Shown here: piece after piece, positions 57,691 through 64,000 of the stretch
Position numbering within the stretch: the first letter of the stretch is position 1
Layout of the letters: every line of letters begins with the position of its first letter
Assembly: GCA_045863335.1 (NCBI GenBank)
Contig: BTVY01000009.1
Span: 16,623 to 80,622, forward strand
Direction: 5' to 3'
From: Candidatus Hydrogenedentota bacterium
GTDB taxonomy: Bacteria > Hydrogenedentota > Hydrogenedentia > Hydrogenedentales > SLHB01
Length of the DNA stretch: 64,000 nucleotides
The notes under the pieces: model-generated
What the model was told of the DNA's origin: nothing
The model's database searches: none
Seen by the model: the letters and a program-made list of their open reading frames with translations, nothing else
Made by a program: the position numbers and the translations under genes

Positions 57691-59694
57691 TCACGCTTCG
57701 ATGGTTGGAGTTTTTGCGTAACAGCGTACCTCATAGATTCGCGCGAGGTTGGACCCGTTGGTCGCTTGGATGGATATGCGGACGCTGCGGGCGCCGACCG
57801 CTTCAAAGGCGTGACGGCGCAGCCGCTGGAAGTTGCCGGTGACGCGAACGAGTTCGCGGTACTCGTCGGAATCGGGCGGCTGGTATTCGATGGTGTAGTC
57901 GCGGATCGTCTCGGGCTGCGGTCCCTTGATGACGCGCGAGATGGCACTGGCCTGTTCGGACAAGGTCAGCTCCCGCTCGAACCCCGAATCGAAGGTAATC
58001 TGAATGAAACCAATCGTCTGAGGCTCGTTCCATGTGAGTGCGATCCAGGCTCCGTTCTCCGTCATGGCGCCGGCCCAGCGGTTTAGCCAACTCTTGGGCA
58101 CATCGCGCGAGACACCGCTGAGAATGTTCGACGGCTGGCTTTCTTCCAACAGGCCTGACGCAGTTACCGTCGCGCCGCGCGCCACGTCGCCGGGGTCTTC
58201 GTTGACGCAGTCGCGGATCGCCTGATCGTCGCGCAGCAATACCTGCTGGAGATACCCGATCTGCGCCGCGTCGTTTACCACCTGGTCCGGAGCCAACCCG
58301 CGTTTCACGCAGAAGGCTGCGGCCGTGCCCACGGCCTGGCCGGCGGCTGAGCAGGTGCCCATGACGCGCGTCGACGTAAACGCCACGTGCGACGCGCTGA
58401 TGTTGCGGCCCGCCATGAACAGGTTCTTCACGTCCTTTGCATAGAGCGATCGCAGGGGGATGTTGAAAGGCTCCTGGATCTTCTCCTGGCGCGCGGGCCG
58501 TTCCTTTGGCGCGTCAAATCCGCGGGAGGGATGATCATCGAAAGGCCAGCCGCCAATCGTAACGCTGTCCGTGAACTGACGCCAGCCGCCCTGGCAGTCG
58601 TTCTGGTCGAGCACGTGCGCGCCTTCGATACGGCGGCTTCCGCGTTTGCCCGGGATCATGCCGACCCAGTCCATGCCCCAGTTCGCGCTCTCCGGGTGAT
58701 TGCCGGAGTTTTTAATGTAGTCCCAGATGCCCATGACGATGGACAGCAGTTCGAAGCGGATCCGCTCGTTATCGCGAATCGTATCCAGGTCGCCGCCCCA
58801 TTCGATCCACCAATAGCCGTACTCCCAGGACCGAATGCCACGGAATTCGAGTTGATCCTTGGTCACTTTGCGCGACCACGCCGGCGGCACGAAGGGAATG
58901 GGTTCGCCGTAATCTTTCGAGGTGAAAAGGATGCTGCTGCCCAGGGTTTCGGGTCCGCCTTGCTCGGGCGCGAGGGATTCGTTGAACTCCGACCGCGCCT
59001 CATGGCCCAGCCGCATCGACACGCCCGCTTCCAGGCCGAGCCGGCAGTCGCCGGTGCAATCCGCGAAATAAGGCGCGCGGATTCGATAGATATGCTCCGT
59101 CTTGTCGCAGCGGACCAGCACTTCCTTGATAAGGCCGTCCTCGACCTGCGCCGCGTAGAGGATGCTGTCCAGCAGGAGGGTCACATTCGGTTCGGACACG
59201 AGCTTGTCGTAGAGCATGAGGTCCCACAGTTCCCACGCGTAGTGGGGGTTGCGGACCGCATTTTCAAGGCGCAGTTCTTCGAGGATGCCGCCTTCACGCC
59301 AGCCCGGACGGCCGCCGTGGCAGTCCGCGCCCACGATGTGCATGCGGACTTCGCTGCTGGCGTTGCCGCCCAGCCGCGATCGGTCCTGCGCGAGGATGAC
59401 CTTTGCACCGTTGCGGGCGGCCGCCAGCGCTGCACAAACGCCCGCCATGCCGCCGCCCGCAACGAAGAGGTCGCATTCCAGATCGACGGCGAGCATGTTG
59501 GGTTCCGCCTGGACCCGTTGCAGAGAATCCGGCGGGGGGGCGATGGTCTCGAACCGCGCGTTGGGGTCGAGCGGCTCGGCTTGCGCCGCCACGGCCGGGT
59601 TGGGCCGGTATAGCAGCGCGTAGGTGCCCAAGGCTCCCGCGCCAGCGATGTCCTGAAAGAATTTCCGCCGGTCGACTCGTCGTTTGTCTGACAT
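57691..59694 (-). CDS. Tat-exported FAD-dependent oxidoreductase with a C-terminal discoidin/CBM-like domain
   Basis: DRRKFF twin-arginine leader; GGGMAGVCAA, LGGNASSE, DCTGD, AGRNISASH and TRVMGT motifs; C-terminal ARSVRISI..TNG...RIYEVR. Confidence 0.85.
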   Translation of the reverse strand: MSDKRRVDRRKFFQDIAGAGALGTYALLYRPNPAVAAQAEPLDPNARFETIAPPPDSLQRVQAEPNMLAVDLECDLFVAGGGMAGVCAALAAARNGAKVILAQDRSRLGGNASSEVRMHIVGADCHGGRPGWREGGILEELRLENAVRNPHYAWELWDLMLYDKLVSEPNVTLLLDSILYAAQVEDGLIKEVLVRCDKTEHIYRIRAPYFADCTGDCRLGLEAGVSMRLGHEARSEFNESLAPEQGGPETLGSSILFTSKDYGEPIPFVPPAWSRKVTKDQLEFRGIRSWEYGYWWIEWGGDLDTIRDNERIRFELLSIVMGIWDYIKNSGNHPESANWGMDWVGMIPGKRGSRRIEGAHVLDQNDCQGGWRQFTDSVTIGGWPFDDHPSRGFDAPKERPARQEKIQEPFNIPLRSLYAKDVKNLFMAGRNISASHVAFTSTRVMGTCSAAGQAVGTAAAFCVKRGLAPDQVVNDAAQIGYLQQVLLRDDQAIRDCVNEDPGDVARGATVTASGLLEESQPSNILSGVSRDVPKSWLNRWAGAMTENGAWIALTWNEPQTIGFIQITFDSGFERELTLSEQASAISRVIKGPQPETIRDYTIEYQPPDSDEYRELVRVTGNFQRLRRHAFEAVGARSVRISIQATNGSNLARIYEVRCYAKTPTIEA

Positions 59695-59825
59695 GATGCC
59701 CCTTCTGTCGCTGCGCGCGGCAGCACCCGATTGCTCCATTGGCATCGTCGCGCAAATGGGGAAGGGGATGCAAGATCGCGGGGACCGCAGGGACGGGAGC
59801 GATGGCGCAGAAGTGGGGCCTGCGC

Positions 59826-60716
59826 CTACGGAAAGTTAGGCACGTCGTCTTCCGTGGCCATTCGGGACACCATGAAGAACTTCGAGCCGTCTGGTTGCGG
59901 GTACCGCGCGAACTCGACGTGGCCGTCCATGAAAAGCACATTGGCGGCGAGGGGACTGTGGTTGATCTCCCGGTACATGGGCCGCCCGTAGTCCGTCCGC
60001 ACCGTGTCCCACCAGACCGCAACTTCTGATTCGGAGATGGCCGACGCGGCGGGGTTGTTAATGTCCGTAATCGCGAACCGGTTGATGCCGTCGCGCAAGC
60101 GGTACACGGTGATTTCCCCGCCGGTGCTCGGCAGGGTCACGTGTTGATCCTCATACCGCGTTTCAAGATTGACGCTATCCGTCGTGAGATTGTCGAGGAG
60201 CAGCCCGTGTAAGGCCATGTCCAGGGCCTCCTTCACGTATCGGGGCTCAATCATGAATCCCCAATACACATAGGAATAGTCCGCAAGCGCAGGATACACG
60301 TCCATATGCTTGACCGGGTTGTCGTAGGGATCCGTGTGCCAGCCGGGGCCCACCGGGCGGAACATTAGCCAGTAGTCGTAGAGTATGTGGTACTCCGGAT
60401 CCGAGGGGCAGATAATGATGTGGTAGTCGGTCAGGTATTCCGGATACAGGATTGCCCCGTCGAAACTGGACCAGCACTGTTTTACAGGACTGAAGGGCAG
60501 GTGGTAGGGGATCATGCGCGGAACCCATTCGCCGTGATGCTCATCCGCAAACATGCGGAAAATTTGCCCCATTTGCTTCTGGTTATTGGCGCAGGATGTC
60601 CGCCGTGCCGATTCGCGAGCGCGGCTCAAGGCCGGTAAGAGCAGAGCAGCCAGAATGGAGATGATCGCAATCACCACTAGCACTTCAACCAGCGTGAATC
60701 CGCGTTTCATTCGCAT
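59826..60716 (-). CDS. prepilin-type N-terminal cleavage/methylation DUF1559 / H-X9-DG protein
   Basis: [41 protein letters not shown]; ICPSD; NH...[12 protein letters not shown]. Confidence 0.92.
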   Translation of the reverse strand: MRMKRGFTLVEVLVVIAIISILAALLLPALSRARESARRTSCANNQKQMGQIFRMFADEHHGEWVPRMIPYHLPFSPVKQCWSSFDGAILYPEYLTDYHIIICPSDPEYHILYDYWLMFRPVGPGWHTDPYDNPVKHMDVYPALADYSYVYWGFMIEPRYVKEALDMALHGLLLDNLTTDSVNLETRYEDQHVTLPSTGGEITVYRLRDGINRFAITDINNPAASAISESEVAVWWDTVRTDYGRPMYREINHSPLAANVLFMDGHVEFARYPQPDGSKFFMVSRMATEDDVPNFP

Positions 60717-60910
60717 CAGCCAGTCCCCCGACGCCATTACTGGATAGATGGCGTGGCGCCCGCCGACCGATCAGTCGGTTGATGTTCTGGCGCCAGAATC
60801 ATCGGTTTGAAGCCATCTACATAAAAGACGTTTGTGCGGCGGGATTGGTGACACGCCGAGACGGCACGTTTGCGTCACGGGGAAAGTGAGTCGTATCGCG
60901 GGAGCGCGGA

Positions 60911-61666
60911 TCAGTCGGTTTCGCCGACGTTCTTGTCCAGAAAGACTTTCGCCAGTTCGGGGTGGAAATGCTTGCCGGACTCGCTCCTCACATGGTCAAG
61001 CCCTTCCTCGACGGAGAAGGTCCCCTGCCGGTAGTGGCGGGCGCTGGTCATGGCGCAGAACACGTCGAGGATTCGCATGGCCTGCGCCAACAAGGGAATC
61101 GAGTCCCCTTCAAGGCCGTCCGGGTAGCCGGTCCCGTCGAAACACTCGTGATGGCGGCGGACGATGTCCTCGATGTCCCGGAGACCTTCCGTCCGCTTCA
61201 CGAGGTCCGCGCCGATGTGGGTATGCCGCTGGAGCGTGTCCCACTCGTCATGAGTCAGCAGGGTGTATTTCAGTAGAACCTCGTTGCGAATCTTCAGCTT
61301 TCCGATATCCCGCAGAAGCGCGCCCCGTTCCAGCGTCAACTGGTCCGCCGCCGACAGCCCGAGGGCCTGAGCAAACCGTGTGGCGTGATTCTTAACACGA
61401 AGCGAAGTTCCCTGCGCGAGGTCCTCCCGTGAGTCGATGGCATGGGCGATGAGTTCAAGCAGCTCTTCCTGTCGCTTGCCGAGAGAATCCGCGAACGCGC
61501 CAATCGCGTCAGCGTCTTCGGCGCCGCCCACGACCGTCGCAGTGCCAGCAGGCAGGGTTTCGTCTTTCGCCACCTGGACGACCTCCATGTTGTCCCCCGC
61601 GGCCTTCTTCGTCAGGAAACCGTACAGCGGTTCATTTTCACCGACCACCACGATTCGTTTCAGCAT
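60911..61666 (-). CDS. HD-GYP domain protein with a degenerate HD motif
   Basis: LLRDIGK (RD instead of HD), HTHIGA, HHECFDGTGYPDGL and GKHFHP motifs. Confidence 0.85.
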   Translation of the reverse strand: MLKRIVVVGENEPLYGFLTKKAAGDNMEVVQVAKDETLPAGTATVVGGAEDADAIGAFADSLGKRQEELLELIAHAIDSREDLAQGTSLRVKNHATRFAQALGLSAADQLTLERGALLRDIGKLKIRNEVLLKYTLLTHDEWDTLQRHTHIGADLVKRTEGLRDIEDIVRRHHECFDGTGYPDGLEGDSIPLLAQAMRILDVFCAMTSARHYRQGTFSVEEGLDHVRSESGKHFHPELAKVFLDKNVGETD

Positions 61667-61815
61667 TAAACGTTCCTCGCCTTCCGTGAATTGGACCCCT
61701 CGTTCCACGCGCCGTCATAGTAGCAACCTCAAGTTCGGTCGGCAAGGAAATCACAAGCGCGGATTTCCCCTGGGGCCGTCGGCACAAAGCACAGCATTGG
61801 AGCAACTTGGGCCAC

Positions 61816-61843
61816 TTGTCTCACAAGCGGAATCTGGTATACT
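61816..61843 (+). promoter_or_regulatory. possible sigma70 promoter of the GDPD gene
   Basis: TTGTCT-N16-TATACT with extended -10 TG. Confidence 0.4.
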
Positions 61844-61872
61844 CCACCGGGGACCGGGAAAAGGAGATACTC

Positions 61873-62832
61873 ATGAAACGAGTCGGAATCTGCTTAGCCG
61901 TTCTAGGATGCCTCATGATGACAGGATGTCAGCGGTACGAAGCCGGCGCTCCCCATGGCGCCATCGACGTAATTGCCCATCGCGGCGCGAGCGCCTATGC
62001 GCCGGAAAACACGCTGGCCGCGTTCAAACTCGCGAAGGAAATGAGTGCGGACTGGTTTGAGCTGGACTGCACGCTGACCCGGGACGGCGAGGTGGTGTGC
62101 ATGCACGACGACACCGTCGACCGCACCACCAACGGCACGGGCTACGTGCGCGACCTGACGCTGTACGACATCAAGCAGCTCGACGCGGGTTCGTGGTTCT
62201 CCCCAGAGTTCGCGGGCGAGCGTGTCCCCACACTCGGTCAGGCCCTCGATTTCGCCAAGTGGAATATCGGCGTTTACATCGAGATCAAGGACAGTTCCGA
62301 CGACTCCGCGCTGCTCCAGGAAATCCTCATGGAGGCCGAGGGAGACAAGGATGCGAGCCGTCAATTCAAGAACCACATGATCGACATGATCGAGCAGGCC
62401 GAGTCCTATAACCTCACGCTAACACGCAAGGTGATTGAAGAAGTGCGCTGGCGCAAGATGCACCGCCACGTGGTGATTCAGTCCTTCTCGCCGATCATTT
62501 GCGCCATCGTGAAGCACGAAGCGCCTGAGATCCGCGTGGAGTACTTGGGCGGATTCAAGGAAGGCGAGACGGAGAAGTGGGAGCAGTACCTGCGGCTCGG
62601 CTATTTCTTTGACTTCGACGGCTTCAACATGAACGCCGACGCACTCACCATCGGCCGCCTCGAAGCGTTCCAGGACGCGGACAAGACGGTGGCGGTCTAC
62701 ACCGTCAACGATCTCGAGACCATGACCCGTTTCGTTGAATGGGGCGTCGACGGCATCATCACCGACAAACCCGACCTCGGCCGCACCGTCACCGGCACGG
62801 TCAACCGCGCCGGCGGCCCCCCGGACCAATAG
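61873..62832 (+). CDS. glycerophosphodiester phosphodiesterase (lipoprotein)
   Basis: MTGC lipobox; IAHRGASAYAPENT, ELD, HDDTVDRTT, IEIK, YTVND and GIITD motifs. Confidence 0.93.
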   Translation: MKRVGICLAVLGCLMMTGCQRYEAGAPHGAIDVIAHRGASAYAPENTLAAFKLAKEMSADWFELDCTLTRDGEVVCMHDDTVDRTTNGTGYVRDLTLYDIKQLDAGSWFSPEFAGERVPTLGQALDFAKWNIGVYIEIKDSSDDSALLQEILMEAEGDKDASRQFKNHMIDMIEQAESYNLTLTRKVIEEVRWRKMHRHVVIQSFSPIICAIVKHEAPEIRVEYLGGFKEGETEKWEQYLRLGYFFDFDGFNMNADALTIGRLEAFQDADKTVAVYTVNDLETMTRFVEWGVDGIITDKPDLGRTVTGTVNRAGGPPDQ

Positions 62833-62862
62833 GCCGGAAAGAAGATTACGAATCTCATCGGG

Positions 62863-62894
62863 AGGGCGGGTTTTCGAACCCGCCCTTTCTTCTT
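62863..62894 (+). terminator. intrinsic terminator
   Basis: AGGGCGGGTT-TTCG-AACCCGCCCT followed by TTCTTCTT. Confidence 0.75.
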
Positions 62895-63017
62895 CACTGC
62901 GGATTTCGGCCCCCGCAAAGTCGACGGACTTGTCGTGGTCTCATCTACAGCCAATGGCGTGAACAGCCAATGACGTGAAGGACCGCGGGACTCGTGGAAC
63001 ACGACGAGACGATAGGG

Positions 63018-63098
63018 CGGGCCTTCAGCCCTTCAGCCTTCTCGAGGTTTATTCCTAGGGCGTTGCCCTAGGCTGGTATAGTACGCGCCGTTGGCGCT
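63018..63098 (+). repeat. REP-like tri-hairpin repeat, copy A
   Basis: CGGGCCTTCAGCCCTT...CCTAGGGCGTTGCCCTAGGCTGGTAT...GCGCCGTTGGCGCT. Confidence 0.85.
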
Positions 63099-63196
63099 CC
63101 AGATGCCCTCGGTGGAAATTGGGCGCAAGCAGACTCTTGGATGAGTTCGAGCACGTTCAGATACGTCGTGCAGCTATTCGTCCTTACGCTATCCTC

Positions 63197-63281
63197 AGCG
63201 CCAACGGCGCGCTTTATACCAGCCTGGGGCAACGCCCCAGGAAAAGGTGACTCCCAAAACACAAGGGCTGAAGGCCCGATC
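63197..63281 (-). repeat. REP-like tri-hairpin repeat, copy B (inverted)
   Basis: AGCGCCAACGGCGC...ATACCAGCCTGGGGCAACGCCCCAGG...AAGGGCTGAAGGCCCGATC. Confidence 0.85.
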
Positions 63282-63294
63282 TATCCTTCAATCT

Positions 63295-63747
63295 TCAATC
63301 CCACACGTATGCTTCGTCAAATTCGACGCCGTATTTGTTCAAGAACATGCGAAGTTCTTCCTGAAAACTCCGCGTTCTATGGTGTTGTTCCTGTTCGCCA
63401 ATATACGCGCACAACGAATCCAAGTCTCTCGGTCCGATTGAAAAACAGGCGTATCCGCGTTGCCACGAGAAGTTGGCGAGATCGGTAGATTGTGTCTTCG
63501 CCCATTTCGATGACGAGGTTTTCAATTCTTCGATCAAATCGGCGATCGTGATGGTGCGAGATAGCCGGATCGCAAGGTGTACGTGATCGTCGACACCGCC
63601 CGCGCGGTAACATTCGCATCCGGCATTGCGCGTGACGGTTGCGAGGTATGCGTGCATCGCAGGGCGTGTCTCGGAAGAGAGAAACGGGCTGCGGTCCTTG
63701 GTGCTGAAGATTACGTGAATGATCACGAAGCTCAGGGATTGTGGCAT
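63295..63747 (-). CDS. tnpA: IS200/IS605-family Y1 (HUH) transposase, REP-associated type; no tnpB in the window
   Basis: HVIFSTKDR, DHVH (HUH), KTSSSKW, WQRGY and YIGEQEQHH motifs. Confidence 0.92.
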   Translation of the reverse strand: MPQSLSFVIIHVIFSTKDRSPFLSSETRPAMHAYLATVTRNAGCECYRAGGVDDHVHLAIRLSRTITIADLIEELKTSSSKWAKTQSTDLANFSWQRGYACFSIGPRDLDSLCAYIGEQEQHHRTRSFQEELRMFLNKYGVEFDEAYVWD

Positions 63748-63754
63748 GACGATT

Positions 63755-63840
63755 GATCGGGCCTTCAGCCCTTCTCCTTTTCTTTATTCAATCTTCCTAG
63801 GGCGTTGCCCTAGGCTGGTATGGTACGCGCCGTTGGCGCT
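63755..63840 (+). repeat. REP-like tri-hairpin repeat, copy C
   Basis: GATCGGGCCTTCAGCCCTT...CCTAGGGCGTTGCCCTAGGCTGGTAT...GCGCCGTTGGCGCT. Confidence 0.85.
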
Positions 63841-63862
63841 CTGCGCCAATTTGCTCGCACAC

Positions 63863-64000
63863 ACCGAAGGCTAGGACTTGCCGAAGGCGCGGACATGGCT
63901 CGGACATCGCGAAGGCTCGGACTTGGCGAAGGCTCGGAATTGGCAAAGGCTCGGAATTGGCAAAGGCTCGGAATTGGCAAAGGCTCGGAATTGGCAAAGG
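63863..64000. repeat. 17-bp tandem repeat (GGCAAAGGCTCGGAATT), runs off the window edge
   Basis: Three exact copies at 63942-63992 plus a partial copy; progressively diverged copies leftward to 63863. Confidence 0.9.

Noticed and set aside
63863-64000. Possible CRISPR array
   Set aside because: The units are contiguous 17-mers with no unique spacers, and no cas genes are present.

Overview
High-GC bacterial chromosomal segment. The H-X9-DG/DUF1559 proteins with the 'YRLR(E/D)G..R..I.D.NNP' signature suggest Candidatus Hydrogenedentota or a PVC-like lineage (inference). Housekeeping blocks are purE; hisS-nadC-birA-coaX-lptC-lptA-lptB; a partial flagellar export operon fliQ-fliR-flhB-flhA-flhF-flhG; ccsA/hemX-hemA-hemC-cobA/hemD-hemB; dcd; and an MFS-phnW-phnX aminoethylphosphonate cluster. 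These are interspersed with secreted hydrolases and lyases, a lower-GC Hhe-like helicase-nuclease defence gene, and a Y1/HUH transposase with REP-like repeats at the right edge. The best candidates for something undescribed are: (1) a tightly coupled ECF sigma / membrane anti-sigma / two 'mini-secretin-domain' protein operon (6467-9686); (2) a PTS EIIA-C4 zinc-ribbon fusion plus cNMP-binding protein behind an unidentified structured leader RNA (16693-18194); (3) NrdR-box-like operators in the fliQ promoter; (4) a covalently triplicated LptA. No rRNA, tRNA or CRISPR array was recognised. All calls come from reading motifs by eye; no searches were run.
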